Source: Eledone cirrhosa (lineage: Eukaryota). From it: a DNA stretch of 64,000 nt. The position numbers and the translations under genes were made by a program. Numbering within the stretch: position 1 is the stretch's first letter; the number at the start of each line of letters is the position of its first letter. Below the pieces are notes generated by a model. That model was given only the letters and a program-made list of their open reading frames with translations, ran no database searches and was not told where the DNA came from. Location of the stretch: contig OZ024741.1 of the NCBI GenBank assembly GCA_964016885.1, forward strand, positions 201,376,001 to 201,440,000. The letters are read 5' to 3'. Positions 39,536 through 54,153 of the stretch are shown here, one piece after another.

Positions 39536-40432
39536 GAGGTGGGTCAGAAAAATTCCAGGACTGATGTCACAAAAGATTTATTTCAAACCCAAACTTCACA
39601 CTAGGAGTTTTCTCCTTCAAAGTGATCCATCTGGAGTCTAATGCACTTTTCCAACATTTTCTGCCACGATTGCATGCACTCCTGGAAGGATTCTTTCGGG
39701 ATCCTCCGCAGTTCCGTCCTCACGGCCTTTTTGATGTCGCCCACGTCTTCAAAACGGGTCCCCTCCGGGTAGTACTCGAAGATCCATGACTCATCACCGG
39801 TGATGACTGTCCCTAGCAAGTCTGGTTCGATTTCAAGACGCTCGAGGATGTCCTGGCACACTTGCATGCGTCGACTCTTCTGGTCATCGTTCAGCAGTTT
39901 TGGCACCATATTCGCGCAGACTTTCCGCATGTCCAAATCTTCAGTGAGAACTTCCAGACGCTGTCCCGATTCATGCCCAGCTCATTTGCCATCAGTCGAA
40001 CAGTCAGCCGACGATTGCTACGCACCATCTGCTTGACGCGCTCAACGTTGACCTTAGTCCTGGTTGTTGAGGGCTTTCCGCTCCTGGGGTCATCTTCCAA
40101 GTCCTCGCGTCCTTCTTTAAACCTCTTAGAAACCCTCAAAAACACGTGAGCGTGACACCGTCTCATCTCCATACACTTGCTGTAGCAATCCCAGTGCTTC
40201 TGACGGAGTTTTCAAGTTTGTTCGTTGCTCTGTGCTCAAGGCTTAACGAGCTGAAACAGAGGACATGTATATAAAATTATGAAGAAAAAAGTTTGATCGC
40301 TGCAGAGAGCTAAGATTACAGTTACATACTCCAGGGGGATTACTTTGAAGGAGAAAACTCTTAGTGTGAAGTTTGGGTTTGAAATAGATCTTTTGTGACA
40401 TCAGTCCTGGAACTTTTCTGACTCACCTCGTA
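39533..40432 (-). mobile_element. Internally deleted mariner element with ~95-bp TIRs, inserted in (TA)n
   Basis: KRFKEGREDLEDDPRSGKP, MRKVCANMVPKLL, VITGDESWIFEY; TACGAGGTG.. / ..CACCTCGTA ends. Confidence 0.93.
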
Positions 40433-40630
40433 TATATATATATATACATATATATAGATAGATGCACACACAAATGTATGTGTGTATATGTGCATGTGCA
40501 TTTGTGTATAACATAACAGTTAAGATTTTTATGATAAATTTAAATGGTACACTTATATACAAGTCAAATATGAGAGAAGAAAATGTAGTGGAATATATAT
40601 AAAAAGAGTTAGTTCCACAACAAATTAGCA

Positions 40631-40667
<37 letters not shown>

Positions 40668-40684
40668 TATATACATATATATAC

Positions 40685-40740
<56 letters not shown>

Positions 40741-41149
40741 GTATATATATATATACATATTCATATATATACATGTTTATATATGTTGATATAGATATAT
40801 GTGTATAAATATTGTTATACTTTTGGAGGGTCATGCTGCCAATAAAAACACATGCACCTGTTGGTTTTCACTTCAATTTATTATAAATTTCCAGCTGGTT
40901 GGTTGGTTGGTGCAATAACCAGATGGTTGTTTATATATTGATAAAGCTCTTTTGTCACATATTCTGTGACCTCCTCAGTAACTGGTTTCTTATTTTGTCT
41001 CTCATTTGTCCTGTCCTACACCATCTTGTTTTTGTGCAAAACAAATTCAAAACGAAGTATATATATGTGTGTGTGTGCATGAAACTAATAATATATTTCT
41101 TCATTGTACTGTGTCATTTGGTTTGTTGTTTCTGTTTCCCTTTGGCATA

Positions 41150-41189
<40 letters not shown>

Positions 41190-41201
<12 letters not shown>

Positions 41202-41380
41202 TAAAGCTGAGCGTCGTATGTATGTATTATGTATGTATGTATCCTACACACCTCCCTATAGTTTCTTAGCTTTACTCTCTCCGTCGCTCTTCCCTCTCTC
41301 TATAATAAATCATTCCCCTCTCTATAATTTAACTGCTTTACTCTCTCTGTCGCTCTCAAATATTATAAAGCTGAGCGTCG

Positions 41381-41411
<31 letters not shown>

Positions 41412-42889
41412 CTCTCTATAATTTAACTGCTTTACTCTCTGTCTCTCTTCACTCTCTATATGACAACACTCTTTTACTTTCCGTAGAGATGAGCGTCGTA
41501 TGTAAATTCGGTCAACACGTATGTATCCTACACACCTCCCTATAGTTTCTTAGCTTTCTCTCTCCATCGCTCTTCCCTCTCTCTATAATAGATCATTCCC
41601 CCTCTCTATAATTTAACTGCTTTACTCTCTCTGTCGCTCTTCACTCTCTAATATTAAAAAGCTAAGCGTCTTCTCTCTCTCCCTCTTTCACCCTCTCTAT
41701 AATTTAACTGCTTTACTCTCTGTCTCTCTTCACTCTCTTTATGACAACACTCTTTTACTTTCCGGAGCGTCGTATGTATGTTTATTTCAAAAGGATAACC
41801 TCCTTCAAATTCAGTCAACACACAAGCAGGTAATACATACATCAAAAGGCAACCCTCTTAGAGAGACAGAGAGTGAAAGAGACAGATTAAGAAAACTACA
41901 CACACACACATCTAAAGAGAGAGAGACGGTGCCCCTATCATCCTGCTGCGCAATTTCGACCCACCAAAGCTCTGCAATGGCACGCGACTTGCAATCAAGC
42001 AGATGCTATGTCATGTCATTGAAGCCTCAATCATGACTGGAGTTGGTAGGGGAGAAGATGTGTTTATTCCACGCATCCCGTTGCTGCCAGCAGACTTGCC
42101 CTTTCAGTTCGAGCGACTTCAGTTTCCAATCAGACTAAGCTTCGCGATTACCATCAACAAAGCTAAGGGTCAAACCCTCAAAGTCGCTGGCCTTCATCTG
42201 GGAACACCATGCTTCTCCCATGGTCAGTTGTATATAGGATGCTCTAGGGTGAGCTCCCCAAACAATCTCTTCATTTTGCTCCCGAGGGCCGAACAAAAAA
42301 CATTGTGTACTCTGAGGCTCTAACAATGTAAGTTTTGTATTTTTGTAATGTGGAATTTTCATTACGGCTGTACATGGATTGACAGACCTTGCAACTGATT
42401 CACCATTTTATTAAACCTATGGGTCGCCATTGCATCGGCCAAAATCACGCCGGAAGTCATTCGTAATACCTGGATAGGTATCGGATATCATGATGTGTCC
42501 GGATAAATTCAACAGTGAACGAACAACGGCCCTTTTTAGGGCCACCTTCTTGCAATTGTTACCGCAGTCTGTTCTTTAACGGCTTTCTGCAGACTTGAAA
42601 TGTTTAAACAAGGCTACAGCCAGTACACAGTTGTCAGACTGAATTGTCGGTTTTTCTGTGCCTCTGCGCACGTACACCCACTGGGTAATACATACACACG
42701 CTGCGTATACATGCACAGGCATGCTCCAAGCACACGTGATGGGAACAGTTGGCCGATTTATACGGTAGCTCCTCCCCTTTGCTACGAAGTCGGAAGGACA
42801 ATGTGACATGGGAGGGTGTGTGGTATCTTTTCAGTGGAGTGGTGGGGGAAGGTATACCTAGCCGACCGCCAGCCGGACGGGCCAGCTAG
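41190..42889 (+). mobile_element. Non-autonomous Helitron retaining the PIF1 helicase C-terminal fragment
   Basis: LLRNFDPPKLCNGTRL, IPRIPL, RLQFPIRLSFAITINKAKGQTL, FSHGQLYIGCSRV; 3' hairpin CCGACCG..CGGACGG then CTAG|T at 42886-42890; internally duplicated 5' region. Confidence 0.9.
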
Positions 42890-43048
42890 TATATATATAT
42901 ATATATATTTAAAGGTTAAACAAGGTTCAATGAATAAATCAAAGAATGAGTTTTACAATAGATTGGAAGCACTCTACATTTATGGTTTTCCGGAGTTATT
43001 AATATTAATTCAAAATATTAACAAAAATAGAACTTCTTGTGATAAGTA

Positions 43049-43115
43049 TATTTTATTATACATATTTCAGAGGTACTGAGCTAACTTCAACAGTACGTCC
43101 TCATCAGATAAAATA
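43049..43115 (-). ncRNA. Type-I hammerhead motif
   Basis: UAUUUUAU-CUGAUGA-GG ac GUACUG..CAGUAC cuCU-GAAAU AUGU AUA-AUAAAAUA; 8-bp stem I. Confidence 0.82.
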
Positions 43116-45203
43116 AGATGATGCATGACATACCCTGACATAGTAGATGGTTAAAATCCAGTCATGGTAGTGAGTAAGATATGACAAAACTCAATATTTA
43201 TATACCTTAAGATTGAGACATAAAAAAACTTACATATAATACAGAGGGTGCGTGTGAGAAAGCTTAAAAATACATAACAGCAATTTACATAACTGTTAGA
43301 GATTCAAATAATTTAAATTAATGAAGAAAAAGAAAGAAAAAAGAAAGACAGAGAAAACAGATGAGGTGATAATATAGCTAGTAGAAGTATAGAGAGCAAA
43401 AGAGAATTGATCAAGGAAAGAGAGACAAAGAGGGATAATTTTTATAGTGTAAAACATAGGGAGGGATGAATTATATATATATCTATACAGAACTATACAT
43501 TTGGGCATAGCTTTGCAAAAGAGTAATCTCGAATCTTTGAATTATTGAATTATCTAGAAGTATTCATCAATCTATATGAAGTTTAATTTCCAGTCCTTAG
43601 TTAATTAGTTATATATATTATCCAAACGTAACCGGTTGACCGTTAACTTTCAAATCATTTAAGTTAGTTCAGAGTAATGAATTAATCAAAGTGTATAATA
43701 TTTCAGGCTATAAAAGTTTATAAATATCTGTATTAATATTAAAGTATACTATCATATTTAATTTATTTCATATTTTATGAAATGATATTTAAACTATTTG
43801 TAAACATGAGAAAGAAGACGTAATATGTTCATCCTCACGAAGGTAATTCTTATTAAATTTTATTATACTATATTTAATTATTTATATTATATTGAAAATA
43901 TTGAAAATAATTCACATTATATAATTTATAAAATCATTATAGTTATAATTTTAAAAATTAAGATTAACAATTAGAATGCCTTAAAGCATTTAAAGGCCTT
44001 ATAATTAAACTTTAAAAAAAGTTTATTATTAAATTAGATATATGCATTTGTCTAAATATAAACAAAGATTAATATGATACCTATCAGTTACACATAACAT
44101 AATACGATACAATAAATAAGTTACTGATAATATTGTTAAAAATTAAGGTTTTAGATCAATTATTATAATAGGATCATGTAATACATATATACTATAAATA
44201 TACAAGTCAAACTTCATGAATCATAAGGATAAGAACCAGATTCAAAGTAAAAAAGTGAATTGTTTGCGATCTTAAAAGTGCCCAATATCCAAGCTATATA
44301 GTTTAAAAATACAAGAAGAATTTGTTTTTATATAGTAGTATAATGTGTCTGCAAACATGAGAAAGAGAAAGCCTAAGGATTTCATTGATCCGAAGGTAAC
44401 CCGAATTTAATTAAATTAAATTAAATAATAATCGTTATATAATTTAGAAAATTTAGAAAATATTTAGAAAATATTTAACGTGAGGATGAAAATATGTCTT
44501 CTTTCTCATGTTTGCAAATAGTTTAAATATGATTTTATAAATTAAATATGATAGTATACTTTAATATTAATACAGATATTTATAAACTTTTATAGCCTGA
44601 AATATACACTTTGATTAATTCATTACTCTGAAATAACTTAAATGATTTGAAAGTTAGCGGTCAACCGGTTACGTTCGGATAGTATATATAATTAATTAAG
44701 GACTGGAAATTAACCTTCATATAATTACACCCAGTTATATTTAAGATTTAGATTGATGAATACTTCTAGAAATTCAATAATTCAAAGATTCGAGTTTACT
44801 CTTTTGCAAAGCTATGCCCAAATGTATAGTTCTGTATAGATTATATATAATTCATCCCTCCCTATGTTTTACACTATAAAAATTATCCCTCTTTGTCTCT
44901 CTTTCCTTGATCAATTCTCTTTTGTTCTCTATACTTCTACTAGCTATATTATCACCTCATATGTTTTCTCTCTGTCTTTCTTTTTTCTTTCTTTTTCACT
45001 AATTTAAATTATTTGAATCTCTAACAGTTATATAAATTGCTGTTATGTATTTTTAAGCTTTCTCACACGCACCCTCTGTATTATATGTAAGTTTTTTCAT
45101 GTCTCAATCTTAAGGTATATAAATATTGAGTTTTGTCATATCTTACTCACTACCATGACTGGATCTTAACCATCTACTATGTCGGGTATGTCATGCATCA
45201 TCT

Positions 45204-45270
45204 TATTTTATCTGATGAGGACGCACTGTTGAAGTTAGCTCAGTACCTCTGAAATATGTATAATAAAATA
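45204..45270 (+). ncRNA. Type-I hammerhead motif (inverted partner of 43049-43115)
   Basis: Same core and 8-bp stem I. Confidence 0.82.
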
Positions 45271-45311
45271 TACTTGATCACAAGAAGTTCTATTTTTGTT
45301 AATATTTTGAA

Positions 45312-45354
<43 letters not shown>

Positions 45355-45789
45355 ATAATAATAAATTTGAAGACTAAAATATTTTAATAAATATATATAT
45401 ATATCATCATCATCATCATCACGATCATTGTTTAACATCCATCTTCCACCCTAGCATGGGTAGGATAGGCTGTTGATCAGGTCAGGAGCCTTGATTTGGT
45501 CACACAGAACTATTTTGGCCTGGTTTCTATGGCTCGATGCCCTTCCTAACGCCAACCACATTTACAGTGTGTGCTGGGTGCTTTTTGTCGTGGCACCTAC
45601 AAATCCACTATATAATGTGGGCTGGGCTCTTTTGTTGTGGTTCCAGGGGTGGGGGGATCACTTTATAGAGGGGGTTGGGGACTTGGGAGGGGTGGGGAAG
45701 ATGCTTGGAGAAATTTGGAACATAGGTATAGGGCTGGGATGATTGCAAGGAGGTTTTATGGGAGTGGTAGATGGTAGGTGAAGGATATG

Positions 45790-46500
45790 CCTCTGCTCAA
45801 GAATATAAGAGGGCGGGTCTTCTGTAATACTTCAAAGCACCAGAGGTCACGGTCCTGTGTCATCGCCTTAGTGAGGTGTAATTGAGCAAAGTCAGCTCTT
45901 ATTACCTCATCCCAAGTCTTTCTAGGCCTGCCCACTCCATGGCTACCATCAACTTTGAGCACTCAGCACCTTTTTATACAGCTGTCATCCTCCATACAAA
46001 TCACATGTCCATACCAACACAATCTTCTCTCCTGCACATAACATCTGATCCCTCTTACGACTAATTTCTCATGCAGTTCGTTTATGCTTTGCTGTTCGGA
46101 TATGTTGCTATTGTACATCCATCGAAACATGGAGGCTTCATTTCTTTCCAACCTTTGCAGGTCTCTGCACACAGTGCCCAGGTTTTGCTTCTGTGCAACA
46201 TTATTGTTCGTATACATGCATCATACAGTCTGCCTTTCAATTTGAGGGAAAAACCTTTTGTAGTTAGCAATAGTAGTAGATCCCTGAACTTTCTCCCATC
46301 TGATCTCACTCTGGCTACTGTACTTTTGGAACACCCTCCCCCACTACTGATTTGGTAACCCAAGTAGCAGAAACTATCTACCACTTCTATAGAGATCTCT
46401 GGGCATTTGAAGGTGATTGTATCCTGAGTGCTCTTGCTACTTATTTCCCCTGCCCACCAACCACATGCATAACCTATGTTCTTTGTTAGCCTGCCTGAGA
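45790..46500 (-). mobile_element. 5'-truncated RTE-clade LINE 3' end
   Basis: VDSFCYLG..RVRS..RKFRDLL..KGRLYDAC; RRLCWYGHV; GRPRKTWDEV. Confidence 0.85.
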
Positions 46501-46828
46501 TATTATACATATATATAGTAAATTCTATAAGTTGATAATTAAACAATAAGGTGTTACAATATTAAAGTTCAGGTTTATTCTATATTGAGATTAACAAAAG
46601 GTATTTCAGTGGTAAACCAGTTGGTATACTTCTGGTCATCTTAGATTATAATTACAGAGAATATATTAACAAAGAAAATAGATCACCAGGGTTCAATAAT
46701 TAATACATTATTTATTTGATCTACACATATATAATTGTATAAAGACATTCTTTACAATACCATTGTGTGTATGTGTGGTTAGTATGAATAAATGTATGTA
46801 CATACTTATATACATGAAGACCTGTATG

Positions 46829-47126
46829 CAGGGCCAGCACTACCATATAGGAAAACTAGGCAGCCACCTAGGGTGCTGGCTGATTGCAGGGGGCACATTT
46901 CTCCAAATCAACAACAATTTTTGAAAATAAATAGATAAATAAATTTCAGTTTTATTGAGGGTCGTTATTTATCCTGGTTCATTTCATACAGGGACAAATA
47001 AATGCTGAAAAAATTTTTTTTTATATTTATTATATATAAACTTTGAAAGTTATATTTTCCGGGGGGGGGGGGGGGGGGCAGAATTTAACCTTGCCTAAGG
47101 TGTCAGATAGTCTATTACCGGCCCTG
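46829..47126. mobile_element. hAT-type MITE
   Basis: CAGGGCCAG / CCGGCCCTG TIRs; imperfect 8-bp TSD CCTGTATG / CCTGTAGA. Confidence 0.78.
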
Positions 47127-47597
47127 CCTGTAGATATATGAATATATATATATATGCGTGTATATATATGTATGGTTTAGCTACATGTACAAATAAGAGT
47201 ACATTATAAATGTACATAGTAAAACAAACTGGAACATGTAGATAACCTAAATGAAATAAAAGCTGATAACCCCTAGATAATTTTAGCCATTACTTGCTTC
47301 CATAGATTTCATAGCATTAACGCTCATAAAACTGTATACTGAGTTTAAATTTGATTATAACTTCAGTAAATACTACTATATTTACGCTCATGACAAACAT
47401 TGATTATATCAGAATAGGAGTACTGGTAATACCCGACAGAATAACTATTAAGATGAATACTGTAAAGTAATTCTGGCAATTCCAACCATCCATAACCTTT
47501 AAAAAAATGTTGTTTACATTTTGTGGCTGCAACCATGCTGGTACAAACATACATCGGTTGGTAATTAAACACTTTTTAATATGTTGTATATATATAA

Positions 47598-47661
47598 TTG
47601 ATCCTGATGATCTCTCTATGAAGGTATTGTAAATAATATCTGTAGAAAATGTGTAGATCAA
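47598..47661 (+). ncRNA. Hammerhead motif with imperfect stem III
   Basis: UUGAUC-CUGAUGA-U..AGGUAUU guaaau AAUAUCU..A-GAAA AUGU GUA-GAUCAA; inverted copy of the downstream flank at 46670-46728. Confidence 0.65.
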
Positions 47662-47725
47662 ATAAATAAAGTATTAATTGTTGAACTTTGATGATCTATT
47701 TTTTCTTTGATAATATATACATACG

Positions 47726-47762
<37 letters not shown>

Positions 47763-47994
47763 ACATCGTCGTCGTCGTCGTTTAACATCTATTTTCCACG
47801 TTAGCATGGGTTAGACGGGTTTGTCCCATTAGAGGCAAGTTGGGTCAGGTGACTGTGTCTCGCTCATATAGGACTGTTTCTGGCTGGTTGCCCTTCCTAA
47901 CATCAACCACATTTACAGTGCGTGCTGGGTTCTTTTTGACATGTCTCCTACACGACCACTTTACAGTGTGGGCTGGATGTTTTGTGGTACCAAC

Positions 47995-48537
<543 letters not shown>

Positions 48538-48607
48538 TTACTTCTACCAAAATCGTCCCATGGACTGAGTGCTCTACTACTACGGATATTACCCTCCAGT
48601 GTTCTAC

Positions 48608-48659
<52 letters not shown>

Positions 48660-48909
48660 GGAAAAAATGAAATTTCATTTCTCACTCTTAGTACGGCTGA
48701 TACTTAAATATATGTATGTATACGTACATACATATATGTATACAGACGTACAGTAGTATGTATATACATGCACAAATATATATATGTACGTATGGGTCTA
48801 CCGAACATTTATTATAATGCTCCGTTTGTTTGGAAACAAACAGCCCGAATTATTAGCCGTACAGTGTTCGGCAACCATCGCTGCCATTTTGTTCAACACT
48901 GACAAAGGA

Positions 48910-48952
48910 ACGATGAAATAGTTTCTAGCTTATTAGCTGTCATCAGCACCGT
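48910..48952 (-). ncRNA. Slightly degenerate minimal hammerhead motif
   Basis: ACGGUG-CUGAUGA-cAGCU aaua AGCUa-GAAAC UA UUU-CAUCGU. Confidence 0.6.
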
Positions 48953-49063
48953 ATACCTTCCTGTCAGTCAATTGGACGTTTGAAAGTATATACTTTCCTT
49001 ATGCATATTAACGACTGAGCAGCCTAATTTGCATATCGAGTGAGTTAGTCGGCCGGGCGTACC

Positions 49064-49102
<39 letters not shown>

Positions 49103-49238
49103 ATATAAACAGTGGATGTTTTGTGATACCAACATAACTTTACAGAGTAAGGGTAGTGTGGTCAGAAGTGGTAGGGTGGTGTAGGGGTGTGGGGTGTATA
49201 TTGGATTAAGAGGTGCCTACTGAGTGTATGTTTTAATC

Positions 49239-50756
49239 CACAGGTTCTCAACCCATTTAGGCCAAACGCCCCCTTTTGTCCCTCGAAATTACGAAACGTC
49301 CCCCTACCCTATTTTTCCATTTTTCAATATACTACTGATTTGTTGATATCTGTAGATTACTAAAAAAATTGATTAACAATATTCCAAAGATACTATTGCA
49401 GGCAGCTGAGAGTATAAATACATTCCTTGAAAGGAAATATATAAATTTCAAAAAAAGGAACATAAATGTTCTTTTTTATGAAAAGGACCAGTTGAATTTG
49501 TTATATTCCCACCAGGCGATACAAACTATTTTGAACATTTATACAAGAGCAACTCTGTCTATCCAAAGAGTGCTCTTATCTGGAAGAAAGTAGCAATTAT
49601 ATCATTTCAAAGCTTTCCAATTTTCCCTTTAATGAAACGGACAGAATAAATGTTGATATCTAACTTGATGTCCCCTCTGCTTTGTGAGCTTAGAGACCAC
49701 GGAAGAGGGTTTTCATGACCACGCGGGAGGGTATATTTATTAGTAAATGGTAAAATATATACAACAAATGAGTAAGTGAATTGTAGTAGATGGTTTCCAG
49801 TCCAATCAGACTGCAACTACAAATAAAAAAAATTGTTAGTTTGCTTTGTAACAATAGCATATCCAAGTTTTCAGATAAATCAACTTACTTTAACTTTGAC
49901 CTCATTTCAATGGGACCCTTGAACTTTATGGAGTCTAGCTAACTCTTTGACGTCAGGCTGGATTTTCGTAAGATGTAGCCGGAGATCTCCACGTGTAATT
50001 ACATTGTAGCGGTTGCGAGCCTGACTGTGCAGTCTGGAAACAGCACCAAACTTCCTCTTGACTAAGTATGAGCTTGGAAAAGGCAGAGCAAATCTCTTAG
50101 CCTCTGCATGTAGGTGTGGAAATCGACGCTGAATTTCCTCTTGCATCCCAAAAAGGGGTTCACCTATTTTGGGAAATCTAAGATGATATGTGTTGTATGT
50201 GGTCCTAAATGTCTGTATTACCTGCCTGTGTGTTGTATGTGGTCCTAGATGTGTGTGCTACCTCCTTATGTGTTACATGTGGTCCTAGATGTGTGTATTA
50301 CCTGCTTGTGTGTTGTATGTGGTCCTAGATGTGTGTATTATCTGATTATGTGTTGTATGTGGTCCTAGATGTGTGTGCTACCCGCTTCTGTGTTTTTTTT
50401 TATTTGTAATATTATTTATACAATAGGAAATAAAATAGATCTACATAGTGTTAACTCATTACGGTTGCGTCAATAATTTCAGACATGAAATACATTGTTA
50501 TCGGTGAAGGAAAGACAAGATTCTAACATTGACCCAGTTGACTGTGGATTTTTCCGTTGTTAGGATCTCAATTGCTGGTTAATGTCTAAACACGCCTGCA
50601 CACCTGCTCACAGCTGCGGTCAGACCATAGTTATGCTGTCTGCATGCTCATTCAAAGCTCCAAACGCCCCCCCTAATCCCCCCTTGCTCCCAAACGCCCC
50701 CCTGGAGTTCCGAAACGCCCCCTGGGTGTGCATATGCCCCTCGTTGAGAACCTTTG
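49239..50756 (-). mobile_element. Non-autonomous hAT (Charlie/Buster-like) transposon
   Basis: TIRs CACAGGTTCTCAAC / GTTGAGAACCTTTG; TSD TTTTAATC / TTTTAGTC; subterminal AAACGCCCCC repeats; transposase C-terminus PFPSSYL..RGDLRL.LT.IQPD..QGSH. Confidence 0.9.
50188..50392. repeat. ~40-bp minisatellite, about 5 units, inside the hAT element
   Basis: Repeated tgtgttgtatgtggtcctagatgtgtgt..tacct. Confidence 0.9.
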
Positions 50757-51299
50757 TTTTAGTCCATGCGCAAGGCAAGGTGGGTCTTCTGTATTACTGC
50801 ATAGTGCCAAAGATTTCGACCCTGTGTCATTGTCTTAGTTCCTTTGCCCCTTTATTTTCATCACCCTGCATTCTTGTATTGCCTTATCTCCTTAATGCTT
50901 ACTTCAAACAACGTGCCAGTGGACGTCAGACATTCGGGTTGACACGCATGGATACGTGCGACAACTTGACTGAAATGGAGATAATAGCCGCTAAATTATA
51001 AGAAGCCCCCAGCTGTGATCTGACTGAAAACAAACCAAGTGAATATGGTGAATTACCACTATAACAGAATTTGTGGTAGCATATAAGAAGGAATCGGGAT
51101 AATATTCAACCACTCTCGGACACGAGTCTATATGTTTAAACATATCTGAGGAGCTTCCAATTCCAGAGTCAGATTCGATCATTAATAGATCGTTCCTCGA
51201 GCTGATTGACAGTGAATCATATGTAATACGTAATTAAATATGTATATGATACAATACTAATTCTTTGCTCCCTTGTATATTAATACTATATATATACTG

Positions 51300-51410
<111 letters not shown>

Positions 51411-51908
51411 GTATATATAGATATATGTCAAAATAAGAGACATAAGTCATAAGAATAGAGGAGAAGGATCTATGATGTAATATATGTATTAGATGTCTTT
51501 AGCCGAAACAAAGCGTGCTCAATGCTTAGAGATGCGATGTTACATATTATAGTGGAGTTAATATAAACAACAGGTAGAACATGGGAACGAGTATATTCTT
51601 AATACCTCCATAATTTTTTTTAAAGAATAAACGCTTCATAAATGTGTACCCTTTGCTTTGCTGTCGTTCGGACGTGGACTCTCCCTTCAGCAAAATCTTT
51701 AAGCGCAAACATTTTTCTCTAGTGAGTCTTATAAATTCATCTCTACGGTGCAATATATACATACATGTCTACCTACTGTATTGTAAATGTACTTGAAGAC
51801 GAAACACTGTGTCAGAATTAAATGTTGTTTTCCAATGCCTTGCTTTGTCCTCCATATATTTCTGATTATATATATATATATATGTGTGTGTGTGTGGGTC
51901 TGTGTGTT

Positions 51909-51966
<58 letters not shown>

Positions 51967-51967
<1 letters not shown>

Positions 51968-52900
51968 AAAAGGTAAACAGAAATAACAACACAATTGGTA
52001 CAGTATATTAGGAATATATTAGGTTAACGCTTGATATAGCAGGAAGAGGGTCTTAACATTTCGGAAGCTATTCCTTCATCAGAAGAAAGAATGAGAAATA
52101 AGAGAGATTGAGGGGGCGGGCGGGTTGGAATTAGAAAAAATAGCAGGTCCATTCATGTTGACATCTCTTGCAAAACTGTTGGTGCTGGCGTTTTGTGTAT
52201 GATATATTTTTTAGAAAAGTGGATGATGAAGCGCGTCTACCTGAAATGGAAAAAAAAACGTTTTGTAAAAAGAGCTATACTTGTGCACGTGCGTAAGCAT
52301 GTGTGTGTGTGTTTGTGTGTTATTATATGTCCATACGAAGCTAAGCGGAAATGTGTGTGTATATGTAAGTAAAAGAGTGTGTGTGTGCATGTAAATACGA
52401 AGGTATGAGCAAAAGTATGTTAGTATAAGGGTGTGTATGTGTGTATATAGAGCTGTGAAGGGAAAAGTGGAGTGAGCATATATAGTCGGTCTGTTATAAG
52501 AGAAGATGTTAATGATCAAGAGAGAGCGATAGGAATCTAGGGGTGAATGTACAAGCGCGTGTGATAATGAACGGAGTATTAAAGAAATTGGGGAGGTGAG
52601 TTGGGTCCAAGAAGGGAATAGAACCCAAGGGGGTGAATCAGACTTTGTTCAGTCCTGGTGCGCGAAGCCTGTGATCCATGATGTAAAAGGACACCCAGGA
52701 CTGAAACATGTTGGGAAGAATGACCAGGAGAACAGAAATGACGGGCTACAGGAGTATCCAAACCGAGTCGTATATCCCTCAAATGTCCAGCAAAACGGTC
52801 CGCCATACGGCGTCCCGTTTGTCCGATGTATAAAGACCCGTAAAATGAACACTGGAGGGCATAGGCAACGTGGGTGGATTTGCAGGTGAAAGAGTGGAGG
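51967..52900 (-). mobile_element. 5'-truncated Penelope-like element: GIY-YIG C-terminus + 3' repeat with hammerhead (52051-52086)
   Basis: ADRFAGHLRDI..PVARHF..EQSLIH; ucuu-CUGAUGA-aGGAA uagc UUCC-GAAAU GUU-aaga; flanked by (TA)n/(TG)n. Confidence 0.85.
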
Positions 52901-52903
52901 ATA

Positions 52904-52975
<72 letters not shown>

Positions 52976-53004
52976 TATATATATATATATATGTATATAT
53001 ATAC

Positions 53005-53158
53005 GATTCCGAGAATATTTGGTGATTTCCATACATATGTGTACAGTGTACCCCCGGCATTCTCGGTCCCGGAGTTTGCAGTATCCAGTTATTTGCATAA
53101 TATTCCTTAGAACCTAACTAATAATAATTCGTGGAAATCACCCAATATTCGCGGAATC
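53005..53158. mobile_element. Small MITE-like element with ~27-bp inverted ends
   Basis: GATTCCGAGAATATTTGGTGATTTCCA / TGGAAATCACCCAATATTCGCGGAATC. Confidence 0.55.
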
Positions 53159-53428
53159 ATAAATATCTTCCGCGATTTTTTAATGGCTTTTTTCGTGCAA
53201 CATATTTTTAACGCTAAATTATTAATAACAATATACCATATTTACCGGCCTATTGGACGCCCCTTCGTATAAGATGCTCCATCATTTTTTTATTATATTT
53301 TACGTTATAATTTGACGTTTATAGGCATTTTTATGGACCACATCCAATATTCACGGTTTTTCACTCGTCGTGGGTGCTCTAGAAACGTAATCCCTGTGAA
53401 TACCGGGGGACAACTATATAGATATGTA

Positions 53429-53499
<71 letters not shown>

Positions 53500-53575
53500 C
53501 GAAGGAAATGTGGTAAGGAACCAGGTGGACCATAACGCACCAAAGTACTCAACACTTGGGGTAGTAGAGTGGGTA

Positions 53576-53787
<212 letters not shown>

Positions 53788-53817
53788 GAAAGGATAAAAA
53801 GGACGATTGATTATTCC

Positions 53818-53852
<35 letters not shown>

Positions 53853-54153
53853 TGATAGGTTTTTAAACTGACAGTTGTTTCACATGATTTGCACACTTTT
53901 AGCTGCTGATTTCTATCCTTCGAGATAAATTTTTACAAAGATGACGAAGGACCGTAACAAATAGAGAGATGATGCGTTGAAGAGGACCTGTCTCGCCCTT
54001 ACAAGCGGGGAGAGGCGGATGTAAAATGATGATGATGATGATGATACATATTTATGTTTATATATATAAATATATAGTTGAAAATGAATGAACAAAACGC
54101 AAGAGGCAATTGTACAGTTATATTAGATTCATGCTTGGTGGAAGTGGAGGAGG

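Larger units (their letters stand above)
43002..45318. repeat. Long inverted repeat (arms ~43002-43839 and ~44479-45318), probably inverted Penelope-type terminal repeats
   Basis: Arms read as reverse complements throughout with scattered differences; a hammerhead lies near each outer end. Confidence 0.92.

Noticed and set aside
42003-42323. Host PIF1 helicase gene
   Set aside because: Intronless C-terminal fragment inside an element ending in hairpin + CTAG, so it is a Helitron remnant
50582-51001. 139-aa ORF with PNAP repeats
   Set aside because: Spans the hAT subterminal AAACGCCCCC repeats and TIR; no domain recognised
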